Shown in pieces: positions 9,383 through 19,278 of a DNA stretch of 40,135 nt. Origin of the DNA: Chthoniobacteraceae bacterium (GTDB lineage Bacteria > Verrucomicrobiota > Verrucomicrobiia > Chthoniobacterales > Chthoniobacteraceae). Position 1 is the first letter of the stretch, and every line of letters begins with the position of its first letter. A model generated the notes under the pieces. That model was not told the DNA's origin, made no database searches, and was given only the letters and a program-made list of their open reading frames with translations. The translations under genes were made by a program, and so were the position numbers. The stretch is from positions 1 to 40,135 of the forward strand of contig JANNXQ010000069.1 in the NCBI GenBank assembly GCA_031409655.1, given 5' to 3'.

Positions 9383-9826
9383 TCAGCCCGCGAGCGGCAC
9401 GTCGTGGTATTCGAGCGCCCACTCGCGCATGAAGCGCACCCGATCCGGGACGATGCGGTAGATGATGAGTTCGGGATTTTCCGGCGTGCCGAGATAGCGG
9501 CGGAGCAGGGGATTGCCCGCCCAGATTTCCGCGAGCAAGGCGGCGTCAGTGAGCACTTCGGCGCGGCCGGTGATGCGCACCTGATCGTGCGCTTCGTCGA
9601 GGTAGCAGAGTTCGACATGCGGATTCGCGGCGATCTCGTGGGTCTTCCCGTAGCTACGCAGATTCGCGACGAAGATGGTGAATCCATCGACGCGCACCGG
9701 AGACACCGGACGGACGCGCGGCTGATCGCCATCGATCGTGGCGAGCATGGGAAACTTTGCGCGTTCGATCACGGCGCGGGCGAGGGCGGGAAGTTCAGCG
9801 GGATCGAGCGGTGCGAGAGCGGGCAT
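9383..9826 (-). CDS. Pyridoxamine 5'-phosphate oxidase-like FMN-binding protein
   Basis: LATIDGDQPRVRP, K..EIAANP.VELC, QVRITGRA. Start placed at MPALAP. Confidence 0.85.
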   Translation of the reverse strand: MPALAPLDPAELPALARAVIERAKFPMLATIDGDQPRVRPVSPVRVDGFTIFVANLRSYGKTHEIAANPHVELCYLDEAHDQVRITGRAEVLTDAALLAEIWAGNPLLRRYLGTPENPELIIYRIVPDRVRFMREWALEYHDVPLAG

Positions 9827-9922
9827 GAGGTGAGCGTGCGCGTTCCGACGCGCTGCATTCAAAGCCAAAGTGCAGCGGCGTGCGGGCTTGCCACGCGAGG
9901 GTGATGCGGAGTTGCATCGAGA

Positions 9923-10681
9923 ATGCTTCGCCTCCTCTGCTGTCTCTTCGTTTTCGTTACGACACCCGCTGCGTTCGCGCTCTCCGATGGCGAACTCGAC
10001 TCCATCGGCCGCCGCGTCTGGCAGAATGAATGTGGAGGCACGCGCGACGGACTTACGTCGTGGAACTCGGGCGAGAATTTTGCGTCGCTCGGGATCGGGC
10101 ATTTCATCTGGTACTCAAAGGGTGCGCGCGGGCCTTTCGAGGAAAGTTTCCCGGGGTTGGTCCGCTCCCTCGGCGAGAATGGCGTCAACACGCCGGGCTG
10201 GCTGGCGGGCGATTGCCCGTGGAATTCGCGCGCGGATTTTCAAGCGGACTTCCGCAGCCCACGGATGAATGAACTGCGCGACTTGCTCGCTTCGACGATC
10301 CGCCTCCAGAGCCGCTACCTCGCGGCGCGCATGCAGAGCGCCCTGCCGAAGATGGTCGGTGCCGCACCCTCCGCGCAGCGGGAAAATGTGCGGCGACAAT
10401 TCGAGCGCCTTGCCGCGACGGGCGCCGGGACTTATGCGCTGATCGACTACGTGAACTTCAAAGGGGAAGGCACCAAGGACTCGGAGCGCTACAAAGGTGA
10501 AGGCTGGGGGCTGCTCCAGGTTCTCGCGGGGATGCAAGGCAGAGGTCCAGGGGCGGCGAAGGAATTCGGCGAGTCCGCCGCCAACGTCCTGACGCGCCGG
10601 GTGCGCAACGCTCCCGCCGAGCGCCATGAAGAGCGCTGGTTGCCGGGCTGGAAAAATCGCGTCGCTGGCTACGGCGGATGA
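9923..10681 (+). CDS. Secreted hypothetical protein, possible lysozyme-like fold
   Basis: Signal peptide and host-like codon usage. Motifs NE...SLGIGHFIW, ALIDYVNFKG and WLPGWKNRV. Confidence 0.75.
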   Translation: MLRLLCCLFVFVTTPAAFALSDGELDSIGRRVWQNECGGTRDGLTSWNSGENFASLGIGHFIWYSKGARGPFEESFPGLVRSLGENGVNTPGWLAGDCPWNSRADFQADFRSPRMNELRDLLASTIRLQSRYLAARMQSALPKMVGAAPSAQRENVRRQFERLAATGAGTYALIDYVNFKGEGTKDSERYKGEGWGLLQVLAGMQGRGPGAAKEFGESAANVLTRRVRNAPAERHEERWLPGWKNRVAGYGG

Positions 10682-10723
10682 CGCTCCCTTGAGCGACATT
10701 TAAAGAGTGTCGGAAGCGCGAGT

Positions 10724-10749
10724 AAAGCGGCGCGTCCTCGCGCCGCCTT
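10724..10749. terminator. GC hairpin between convergent genes (terminator or REP remnant)
   Basis: GCGGCGCG-TCCT-CGCGCCGC preceded by AAA. Confidence 0.45.
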
Positions 10750-10777
10750 CAACACGCTCCGGAACCGAGGCTCTTTT

Positions 10778-11749
10778 TCAGTCTCCGTAACCGGTCGGAT
10801 TCTTCACGTGCCATGCCCAGGCACTCGCGATGATCTTCTCGATCTCCTGATAGCGCGGCTTCCAGCCGAGCTCGCGCTGGATTTTGTCGCTCCCGGCGAT
10901 CAGCCGGGCGGGGTCGCCGGCGCGGCGGGGCTGTTCCAGCACGGTGATCTTTTTGCCCGTCACTTTTTCGCAGGCGGAGATCACTTCGCGGACGCTGGTG
11001 CCGCCGCCAGTGCCGAGATTGAAGAGGGCGCTTGCCGGGGTATTCAGCGCGAGCATGTGCGCCTGGGCGAGGTCGATGATGTGGATGTAGTCGCGGATGC
11101 AGGTGCCGTCCGGGGTCTCGTAGTCGGTGCCGAAGATGGAGACGTTCTCCTTCTGCCCGAGCGCGACTTTCAGAATGTTCGGGATGAGGTGCGTCTCGAT
11201 GCGGTGATCTTCGCCGAACTGCTCGCTCGCGCCCGCCGCATTGAAGTAGCGCAGGGCGACATATTTCAGCCCGTGGATTTCGTCATACCAGCGCAGCACC
11301 TTCTCAAACATCAGCTTCGACTCGCCGTAGGGATTGATCGGTCGCTGCGGGAGCGTTTCGTCGATCGGGATGCGATCCGGCGTGCCGAAAGTCGCGCAGG
11401 TCGAGCTGAAGACGAAGCGTTTCACGCCGGTGGCGATCATCGCGTCGAGCAGATTCACGCCCGCGCCCACGTTGTTGCGGAAATACTTCGAGGGATTCGT
11501 CATCGACTCGCCGACGAGCGCATTGGCGGCGAAGTGCATCACGGCGTCGGGCTTCGTCTTTTCCATGGCATCCTCGATCTCGCAGCGCTGCTGGAGATCA
11601 CCCGCGATGAAGGTCGCGCGTGGATCGATCGCCTTGCGGTGCCCTTCGGTCAGATTGTCAAAAACGGTGACTTGGTGTTCGGCGTTGAGGAGTTGCTCGA
11701 CGCAGATGCTACCGATGTAGCCGGCTCCGCCAGTGACGAGGATGTGCAT
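10778..11749 (-). CDS. galE: UDP-glucose 4-epimerase
   Basis: VTGGAGYIGS, HFAA..LVGES, FSSTCATFG, NPYGESK, LRYFNAAGA and DGTCIRDYIH. Confidence 0.96.
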   Translation of the reverse strand: MHILVTGGAGYIGSICVEQLLNAEHQVTVFDNLTEGHRKAIDPRATFIAGDLQQRCEIEDAMEKTKPDAVMHFAANALVGESMTNPSKYFRNNVGAGVNLLDAMIATGVKRFVFSSTCATFGTPDRIPIDETLPQRPINPYGESKLMFEKVLRWYDEIHGLKYVALRYFNAAGASEQFGEDHRIETHLIPNILKVALGQKENVSIFGTDYETPDGTCIRDYIHIIDLAQAHMLALNTPASALFNLGTGGGTSVREVISACEKVTGKKITVLEQPRRAGDPARLIAGSDKIQRELGWKPRYQEIEKIIASAWAWHVKNPTGYGD

Positions 11750-11791
11750 GGATTTGAGGGTTCGGTGTTCTTAAAAAAGGGAAGGGCCGGG

Positions 11792-12286
11792 CTAGCTCGG
11801 CGGCACGACGCCGTCGCGGCGCAAGTTGGCGACCATCACGGCGACGTGGCGATTGCGGCTGCGCGGGGCGAGCAGCTTGAGGCTCATCGCCTTCGAGCCC
11901 CACTCCACGATTTCGATCTCCTTGTGGCGCACGCCCCACCGGTTCACGTCCCGCATCCTGGGCATGTAGAGGTCGATCGTCTGGCGACCGACCAGCGCCG
12001 AGCCGTAATCTTCGATCACGTAAAGTCGTCCATTTTCCACCATCCGAAAACGCGTGCCGAGCGGGAGCCACGACCAATCGCTCGCCGCGCTGTATTCCCC
12101 GCCGCCATATTTGAGGCGGCTGCCGATGGCGTTCTTGATGCCGCCCGGCTCGGTGTGGGTGTAGGCGGTGGTGCGCACGGTCATGCGTTTGCCCGTCGAG
12201 TGGACGGGCTTGGTCCCGGTCTGGGTGGCGCACCCGGTGACGGCGACGATCGTGAAAAGGAGGAATGCGAGGCGGAATCGGCTCAT
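11792..12286 (-). CDS. 3D-domain (MltA-like) lipoprotein
   Basis: Lipobox VTGC, TTAYT, AASDWS.LPLGT, IEDYGSAL.G..IDLY. Start placed at MSRFRL. Confidence 0.85.
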   Translation of the reverse strand: MSRFRLAFLLFTIVAVTGCATQTGTKPVHSTGKRMTVRTTAYTHTEPGGIKNAIGSRLKYGGGEYSAASDWSWLPLGTRFRMVENGRLYVIEDYGSALVGRQTIDLYMPRMRDVNRWGVRHKEIEIVEWGSKAMSLKLLAPRSRNRHVAVMVANLRRDGVVPPS

Positions 12287-12456
12287 GCGTGGCGTAAAAA
12301 ACGGGCGCGAGTCGTCCCACACATCGCGGCGTCCGGCAACGAAGAAATGCCGCCAACGCCTCGCGAGAAACCCGCCGTGGAGGTGCGAAAGCGGACCTGG
12401 GGGATGCGCAGGGTTTCCTTTCCCCGACGAGCTGTGCATCTTCTCCCTCCCACGCG

Positions 12457-13194
12457 ATGAAGCTCCGACTCGATCAACTGCTCGTCGCCCGTGGCCTCTG
12501 CGAGAGCCGGGAGAAGGCGCAGCGCGCGATCATGGCTGGTGAAGTGCAGGTGGGCGACCGCGTGATCGACAAGGCCGGGACGAAGATCGCGGACGACGCC
12601 GCAATCACGGTGCGGCAGGCGGAGCGCTACGTCGGGCGCGGCGGATTGAAGTTGGAGGCGGCGCTTGCGGCCTTCGCCATCGACCCGACCGGCGCCACCG
12701 GTCTGGACATCGGCGCGAGCACCGGCGGCTTCACCGATTGCCTGCTCCAGCACGGCGCCGCGAAGGTCTGGGCGATTGATGTCGGGCATTCGCAACTCGA
12801 TTGGAAAATCCGCTCCGATCCGCGCGTGGTCGTCCGCGAGAAGCTCAACGCGCGGCACCTCACCCGCGCGGACATTCCCGACCCCATCTCCCTCTGCGTC
12901 ATCGACGTGTCCTTCATCTCGCTGACTTTGATCTTGCCACCTGCGGCGGCCTTGCTGAGTGATGGCGGCGTGATCGTCCCGCTGATCAAGCCGCAGTTTG
13001 AGCTTCGCAAAGAGGACGTGAGTCGGGGCGGCGTGGTTCGCGATGCGGCCCTGCACACCCAGGCGGTGGAGAAAATTCGCGCGTTCGTCGCGACGGAGTC
13101 CCGGCTGGAATGGGCGGGCCTCATCGAATCGCCGATCCTCGGCGGCGAAGGGAACAAGGAATTTCTCGCATGCCTGCGCGTTGCATCGGTCTGA
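12457..13194 (+). CDS. tlyA: TlyA family rRNA methyltransferase (S4 + FtsJ-like domains)
   Basis: RLDQLLV.RGL..SREKA, YVGRGGLKL, LDIGASTGGFTDCLLQ, DVSFISL, LIKPQFE and GN.EFL. Confidence 0.95.
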   Translation: MKLRLDQLLVARGLCESREKAQRAIMAGEVQVGDRVIDKAGTKIADDAAITVRQAERYVGRGGLKLEAALAAFAIDPTGATGLDIGASTGGFTDCLLQHGAAKVWAIDVGHSQLDWKIRSDPRVVVREKLNARHLTRADIPDPISLCVIDVSFISLTLILPPAAALLSDGGVIVPLIKPQFELRKEDVSRGGVVRDAALHTQAVEKIRAFVATESRLEWAGLIESPILGGEGNKEFLACLRVASV

Positions 13195-14036
13195 TCGCCA
13201 ATGACGGCAAACCCGGTGCGCCGGAGCTGGTGCGCGAACTGGTCGCCGCGTTTGCGGCGCATCACCTTCCCGTGGTCTGCGAAGCGCACACGGCGGGGTT
13301 GCTCGGCGAAATTTCCACCAACACCCCGGAGGAACTCGCGGCGAAGTGCGACCTGCTCGTGGTCCTCGGCGGCGACGGCACGATCCTGCAAGTCCTCCAT
13401 GAACTAAAGGACCGCAGCCGACCCATCTTCGGCATCAATCTCGGCACCCTCGGCTTCCTCACCTGTATGAACTCCGCGGCCTGGCCGCAGGCGGTCGAAG
13501 CGATCGTCGGGGGTACTTATCAGTTGAGTGAACGCACGCTGCTCCGCGCGGAGATCATCCGCGATGGCGCCGTCGTCGAGTCGCACGCCGCGCTGAATGA
13601 TGCCGTGATCAGCCGCGGCGAACAGTCGCAACTGATCCGTCTCGATGTGCGCGTGGACGGCGAGACGCTCAGTGAATATCACGCCGACGGCCTGATCGTG
13701 GCCACGCCGACGGGCTCGACCGCCTATTCGCTCAGTGCCGGCGGTCCCGTGCTCACGCCGGATAGCGGGGTTTTCGTCGTCACCCCGATCTGCCCGCACG
13801 TCCTCACCATGCGTCCTGTGCTGGTCAGCGACGACGCGTGCATCGAGATCGCCCCCTCGCGTTCGCGCAGCGATGTCTTCCTCACCCTCGATGGCCAGAA
13901 CTCCGCGCGCCTCGCCGAGGGTGACCACATTCGCCTCACGAAAGCTCCCTACCAACTCCCGCTGGCGATGTTGCCCGGCGTTTCTTTCTTCGAGGTCCTC
14001 CGCCAGAAGCTGAAGTGGAGCGGCACCGCGGTCTGA
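13170..14036 (+). CDS. nadK: NAD kinase
   Basis: VLGGDGT, GINLGTLGFL, ALND, DGLIVATPTGSTAYSLSAGGP, PICPH. Start placed at MPARCIG. Confidence 0.95.
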   Translation: MPARCIGLIANDGKPGAPELVRELVAAFAAHHLPVVCEAHTAGLLGEISTNTPEELAAKCDLLVVLGGDGTILQVLHELKDRSRPIFGINLGTLGFLTCMNSAAWPQAVEAIVGGTYQLSERTLLRAEIIRDGAVVESHAALNDAVISRGEQSQLIRLDVRVDGETLSEYHADGLIVATPTGSTAYSLSAGGPVLTPDSGVFVVTPICPHVLTMRPVLVSDDACIEIAPSRSRSDVFLTLDGQNSARLAEGDHIRLTKAPYQLPLAMLPGVSFFEVLRQKLKWSGTAV

Positions 14037-14038
14037 GC

Positions 14039-17000
14039 CTACAGAACGGTGAAGCCGCCGGTGATCGTGCGGACTTGGGCGCCGTTGTTATAGGTGACAA
14101 TCACATTGCGGCCATCGGTGCTGGCTCCGGCGGCGATGGTGAAGGTCGCCGTGGTGAGGGTCTGGTTGAAGCGCACGATATTGGACGTCGTGATGCCCGT
14201 GCCGCTGCCAAAGGTGATGCTGGTGATGGCCACATTGGCCGGTGGCAGCGGCAGCGGGAGTTCGATGACGACGCTCACGGTAGTGCCGCGATTGCCGGAG
14301 TTGGGCGTGACGGTATTCGCCCCGCCTCCTACGGGCGTGGCGGTGGTGAAGTAAGTGCCGGCAAACCCGGTCTTGTCATAAGTGGCCAGGCCAGTGCGTT
14401 CGACGCGGTAGAAGCGCCGCGTGGAGCTATTGGTCGCGCCGGATTCCTCGATCCCGATCTGATCGTCCCCGGTCATCGGGACACTGGGGTAAGTGGAATT
14501 CCAGGAAGTCAGATCGCTCGACGTATCCACCCGGTAACTTCCACCCTCGACCCCGCTCCAGACGAAGGTCACATCGCCCGCCACCGGCACCCAAGTCGTG
14601 GTCCGTGCGGCGTCCGCCGTCAGTGGGCCGCCCACAAAACTGGTCGCGACCGGTTCATTGATGGCATTCACACCACCGCCGGTGGGGTTGCCATAGAATT
14701 GCCGACCCGTGGTGTAAGGAAAGGCGGGGGTGTTATCGACATTGATTGTGGTGAAGTAAGCCCAGGTGCCTGCGGGGAACTCGGGCGTGACGCAGAAGCG
14801 GACGTTCTGTTCATTGAGATCGAAGTCGGTGCCGACGATGAAACCGAGATCGCCGCGGTAGTCGAAGTCCTCAAGATAGTGTCCGAGCAGGTAAGTCGAA
14901 TTCACTGCAGGGCCGTATTGATTCACCGCGAGAGTCGTTCGGCTCTGGACGCGCTGCGCCCACTGCGGCAGCACCTGCCGCACCGTGATGTTAGTCGTGC
15001 CATTCGCTCCATTGCGCAGGACAAAGCCGGAGACCATGCGCCGCGCGCCACTATTCGCGTCGTTCGGATCGCCGTACCCATACGGCCCATACACAGGCAG
15101 GCCGTCCGACGCCCAGCCGACGATGGGGGAGTGCTTCGTCACTGGCGTAGCGCTCTCGGAGTAGGTGTTCGTCGCCTCGTTGTAGTCCACATGATCACCG
15201 AGTTGGTGACGCAGGCCGAGGGGTTGGGCGTGGTAGTGGTGGTTATTGCCGGCTTGATGCGCGAGCGCCGGATCAAAGGTGACGCCTTCATTGTGATAGC
15301 CGTCGCGATTCCAGATGCCGTCGCCGCTGAAAGAGCCGCCGGGAGTCGCATCTGCCGCGTTGGTATTCGAGTAGGAAAAGGTATCGCGGCTGTCGAAGAT
15401 GGCCACGCCATTGACCATGCGGCCCGTGGCGCCGAGACCGGTCAGCACCTTGGTCGTCGGGATCGTCGGCACGCGCGGAAAGCGGAACTTCGTGGCCGTG
15501 TTCGAGGGGTAGTTCGGGAAGAGGTTCGTCTTCGCCGCATTCTGATACCACGGACCCATCACGTAGCTCGCCAGCCCGGTGGTGTGGATATAGACCCAGT
15601 CGTTTGAGTAATCGACCTGATGGACATCTGCGTAAGTCGGCGTGCTCTGCACTCCCATGCCGCGGCTCCAGGTGGTCACGCTCGCGCCAGTGTTCTGGGC
15701 CGCGAGGGTCGGATAGATGCGCGCGTATTCCGCGCTATTCGCCGTGAACCACGATGTAATCAGCGGCGTATTCGGCACTCCGCCCACCGTAAAGTTCGCG
15801 AACTTCAACTTCAGCGCCGCGTAGGCCGCTTGCGCCGCGCGGCTGATCGTCGTGCCGAGCAGGTTCGTCCCCTGATTGACATCCGTGGGCGAGTAGAAGA
15901 ACTCCTCGTGGCCATCATCAAACTGGATGAGCGAGTAACCCGCCGCATTCGAAATCACCCGGCCCGAGACGCTCGTCGCGAGGGCCGCGCTGAACATCTG
16001 ACTGAACCCGAACCGCTCGATGTCGGTCGTGTTTTTTAGGATCGGCAGCAGGCTCTTCGCGTCGATCGGGTTTGCTGCTGGCTGGGTGCTGGCGACGTCG
16101 ATGCCCGCGAGTTCGAGGATGGTGGAGTAGAGGTCCGCGCAATTCACCGGCGCGGTGCTTTCGCGATTCGGGCTCACCACGGCCGGCCCGGCGATGATCA
16201 GCGGGACACGCGTGCCGCCATCGTAGAGCGTCTCCTTTGAGTGCGCGGCGTTGTAGGGTGTCTGGATGACGTTTTGCGGAGTGCCATTGTCGCCGACGAA
16301 AATGACGGTGGTCGTCGCGAGGTTCACATTCGCGAGGACCCTCCCCACTTCCGTGTCGAGCGCCTGGCACATCGCTTCATATTGGGCTCGATTCGTCGTA
16401 GGCGTGCCATAGGTGTGCAAGGCGGCGGGTGGCACATGCAGCGGCGCGTGCGGCGCATTGAAGGCTGCGCAGGCAAACCACGGCGTGCCCGCCGGGCGCG
16501 ACGTGATAAAGGTGATCACGTCATTCGCCGTGTCCGTCGTCGCATAGTTGGTCGTGGCGGTGGCGACGCCATTGATCACCTTCGTCCACGCAGAGAAATC
16601 CGGGAGCGCCCCGATGATCGTGCCGGCAAAGTGTGGCCAGCCCCCGACGGTCCGCGGGGTGTCATTAGTGCCCGCGCCTGCGTTGAGGTGCCACTTGCCA
16701 AACATCGCCAGCGAGTAACCCAGTCCCGCATTCGCCGCGAAAGCCTCCGGCAACGTGAACTCTGACGCCTGGAGCTGCGGGCTCGTTGCCCCGGTGAGTT
16801 GCGCCCCGATCCCCGTGCGGAAAGGATGCCGCCCGGTGAGCATCGCGGCCCGCGTCGGTGAGCACGTCGGCTGCGAGTGCGCGTTGCGGAAAAGTACGCC
16901 GCTGTTTTTCAGCGCTGTGAGATTCGGCATCGGCGGGAGCGACGCCCCTGCCGAGCCGGTCAGCGGGAAGCTGTCCGCCCCGAGATCGTCCGCGATGATC

Positions 17001-17092
17001 AGGAGGATGTTCTCCGCAGGAAGCGCCCTCGGAGTGGCGAGTGCGGTGATGCAGACCGCGGCAAACAGCAGGGTGGAGCGGAGTGAATTCAT
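14039..17092 (-). CDS. Secreted sulfatase-YHYH domain fusion protein with C-terminal beta-rich domains
   Basis: NILLIIADDLG, formylglycine motif CSPTRAAMLTG, GKWHL, APHAPLH, GDNG. Second half has NGVAIF, HHYHAQP, HSPIVGWASDGLPVYGPYG and DLNEQN.RF.VTPEFP.G. Start placed at MNSLRS. Confidence 0.88.
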   Translation of the reverse strand: MNSLRSTLLFAAVCITALATPRALPAENILLIIADDLGADSFPLTGSAGASLPPMPNLTALKNSGVLFRNAHSQPTCSPTRAAMLTGRHPFRTGIGAQLTGATSPQLQASEFTLPEAFAANAGLGYSLAMFGKWHLNAGAGTNDTPRTVGGWPHFAGTIIGALPDFSAWTKVINGVATATTNYATTDTANDVITFITSRPAGTPWFACAAFNAPHAPLHVPPAALHTYGTPTTNRAQYEAMCQALDTEVGRVLANVNLATTTVIFVGDNGTPQNVIQTPYNAAHSKETLYDGGTRVPLIIAGPAVVSPNRESTAPVNCADLYSTILELAGIDVASTQPAANPIDAKSLLPILKNTTDIERFGFSQMFSAALATSVSGRVISNAAGYSLIQFDDGHEEFFYSPTDVNQGTNLLGTTISRAAQAAYAALKLKFANFTVGGVPNTPLITSWFTANSAEYARIYPTLAAQNTGASVTTWSRGMGVQSTPTYADVHQVDYSNDWVYIHTTGLASYVMGPWYQNAAKTNLFPNYPSNTATKFRFPRVPTIPTTKVLTGLGATGRMVNGVAIFDSRDTFSYSNTNAADATPGGSFSGDGIWNRDGYHNEGVTFDPALAHQAGNNHHYHAQPLGLRHQLGDHVDYNEATNTYSESATPVTKHSPIVGWASDGLPVYGPYGYGDPNDANSGARRMVSGFVLRNGANGTTNITVRQVLPQWAQRVQSRTTLAVNQYGPAVNSTYLLGHYLEDFDYRGDLGFIVGTDFDLNEQNVRFCVTPEFPAGTWAYFTTINVDNTPAFPYTTGRQFYGNPTGGGVNAINEPVATSFVGGPLTADAARTTTWVPVAGDVTFVWSGVEGGSYRVDTSSDLTSWNSTYPSVPMTGDDQIGIEESGATNSSTRRFYRVERTGLATYDKTGFAGTYFTTATPVGGGANTVTPNSGNRGTTVSVVIELPLPLPPANVAITSITFGSGTGITTSNIVRFNQTLTTATFTIAAGASTDGRNVIVTYNNGAQVRTITGGFTVL

Positions 17093-17191
17093 GGCGAAAG
17101 AAGGCGGGGCAAGTCCGAGCATTCAGCGGCTCACCTTAAGTTGCGATGAAGAGCCGGAGTCCGGCGCCCTCCGCAGAATGTGGGATCGCAC

Positions 17192-18025
17192 TTACGCCTT
17201 CACCCGCGTCCGGCGCCGAACGCCAAACATCGCGGTCGCACCGAGCAGCAGCAGCGCCGCGCTGGTCGGTTCTGGAATCAGAGTCAGCGTCTGACCTTTG
17301 TCGTCGAGGACATCGTTGATCTCGGTGATGTAGGCCGGCACCGCGCCGTCCACAAAGATTGGGGACGCAATTCCTGCGTGAATACCCGTTAGCGCCAGCA
17401 GTCCCGCGGCGATGGTGAAACTCGGGGCGCCGGAGTCGCCGCCTTGGAGAAAAGTCTCGTCGCCGCCCACCGACGGCGTGTCGTTGTCATCGTAGTCGTA
17501 AAAGAAACTCACCTGGTTGGGAAATGCCGGACCGATGAATTGCACGTCTTCGACGACGTTGAGACCCACGCGGTGATCGACGCCGTAGTTGAAAGCAGTG
17601 AGGCCGATGTAGTCACTCGCATTCGGGAGATCGAGGATGGGATAACGCATGAGGTTCGGGTCCACCGCCGAGGCGAAAAATCCGACCCACAAATCCGTGC
17701 CGAGAATTTGCTGCCCACCCAATACCGAATACGTGTGGGTCGGATCGGAGACGCTGTTCGTCTCCCAGAAGGTCACATTTGTCCCGATGCCCGGATGCGC
17801 GTGGTTCGCCGAGATGAAGAAACAGTCCGAAATCATCGTCGCCCATTGGCCGGTCGCACCCCTTCCGACGCCTGAGAAGTCGTAGGGATCGCCGACGAAG
17901 GCTTTGTCCATGCCCGCGTAGAAGCGTTCGTGGCGGAGCGCCGCGAATTCCCGGATGACCATGGTCGCCGGCGCGGATGCGACGAACGGAAGAAGCAGGC
18001 AGGCAGCGAGGAGCGTAGTTTTCAT
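17192..18025 (-). CDS. PEP-CTERM-anchored trypsin-like serine protease
   Basis: Signal peptide, putative triad ISANH / TDL / GDSGAP, and C-terminal IPEPTSAALLLLGATAMFGVRRR. Confidence 0.75.
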   Translation of the reverse strand: MKTTLLAACLLLPFVASAPATMVIREFAALRHERFYAGMDKAFVGDPYDFSGVGRGATGQWATMISDCFFISANHAHPGIGTNVTFWETNSVSDPTHTYSVLGGQQILGTDLWVGFFASAVDPNLMRYPILDLPNASDYIGLTAFNYGVDHRVGLNVVEDVQFIGPAFPNQVSFFYDYDDNDTPSVGGDETFLQGGDSGAPSFTIAAGLLALTGIHAGIASPIFVDGAVPAYITEINDVLDDKGQTLTLIPEPTSAALLLLGATAMFGVRRRTRVKA

Positions 18026-18170
18026 TCTTGCGGGGGGGTGGTGCAACCGAGCGGATTGCTCGGGGTCACCAAGTAGCCGCCTGCTATCGCATTTTGCGCG
18101 CTCGGGCGCAAGCCACGCGATTTGCCCGTCTTGCGGAATGATCTGGGCGGGCGCTTTCGCGAGCGAGAAG

Positions 18171-19148
18171 TTACAGATTCCCGGCGATCACCTGCTCGAG
18201 CTTCACGATATCCGCCGCGAACTTCCGGATGCCTTCCGCCGTCTTTTCCGTGGCCATGGCGTCTTCGTTCAGGAGGAAACGGAAGGTCTTCTCGTCGAGT
18301 TGCAGCTTCTCGATCTGCAGCGCGGCCGCGGCCTGCGCGTCGAGCTTGCGGGTGAGCGGTTCATTGGAAGCCGCGAGTTCCGCGAGCAGCGCGGGGCTGA
18401 TCGTGAGCAAGTCGCACCCGGCGAGTTCCGTGATCTCACCCTTGTTCCGAAAGCTCGCACCCATGACCTCCGTCTTGTGGCCGAACTTCTTGTAGTAGTT
18501 GAAAATCTCCGTCACCGAGACCACGCCGGGATCTTCCGCCGGAGCGTAGTCCTTCTTCGTGGAAGCTTTGAACCAATCCAGAATGCGGCCCACGAACGGC
18601 GAGATCAGTTGCACCTTCGACTCCGCGCAAGCCACTGCCTGCGCGAGCGAAAAGAGCAGCGTCAGGTTGCAGTGGATGCCTTCCTTTTCGAGCACCTCGG
18701 CCGCTTTGATACCCTCCCACGTGGACGCGATCTTGATCAGGATCCGATCCCGGCTGATGCCCCGCGCTTCGTAGAGCCCGATGAGTTCGCGGCCCTTCGC
18801 GATCGAGCCCGCGGTATCGAAAGAGAGCCGCGCATCCGTCTCCGTGGACACGCGACCGGGGACGATCTTCAGAATCTCCAGGCCAAAGGCGACGAGCACA
18901 TGGTCGATGATATCGTCGAGTTGGCGCGCGCCGCTGAGCCCGCTGCTCTTCCGCTCCGCGATCACGGTGTCGAGAATGTGGGCGTACTGCGGCTTCGTCG
19001 CGGCGGCGAGGATGAGCGAAGGATTCGTCGTCGCGTCCTGCGGCTTAAAGTCGCGCATCGACTCAAAGTCACCAGTGTCCGCGACCACCTTCGTGAGCTT
19101 CTTCAGTTGGTCGAGTTGCGAGGTTCCGGTGGCGGCGATGGTGGACAT
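18171..19148 (-). CDS. tal: Transaldolase
   Basis: [56 protein letters not shown]. Start placed at MSTIAA. Confidence 0.97.
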   Translation of the reverse strand: MSTIAATGTSQLDQLKKLTKVVADTGDFESMRDFKPQDATTNPSLILAAATKPQYAHILDTVIAERKSSGLSGARQLDDIIDHVLVAFGLEILKIVPGRVSTETDARLSFDTAGSIAKGRELIGLYEARGISRDRILIKIASTWEGIKAAEVLEKEGIHCNLTLLFSLAQAVACAESKVQLISPFVGRILDWFKASTKKDYAPAEDPGVVSVTEIFNYYKKFGHKTEVMGASFRNKGEITELAGCDLLTISPALLAELAASNEPLTRKLDAQAAAALQIEKLQLDEKTFRFLLNEDAMATEKTAEGIRKFAADIVKLEQVIAGNL

Positions 19149-19278
19149 GGGATTGGGACGGTTAAATTTTTTTCGAACGTGCAGGATAGAGCGCCGAGCC
19201 CGAAGCGGCAACGCGTTATTTCCCCGCCCCAGCTTCGAGGCTTGGCTCTCCGCACACGGCTTGCCTACCGTCCCCCTC

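Noticed and set aside
12457..13194. TlyA as a haemolysin or virulence factor
   Set aside because: tlyA next to nadK is a common housekeeping arrangement, and the motifs fit an rRNA methyltransferase.
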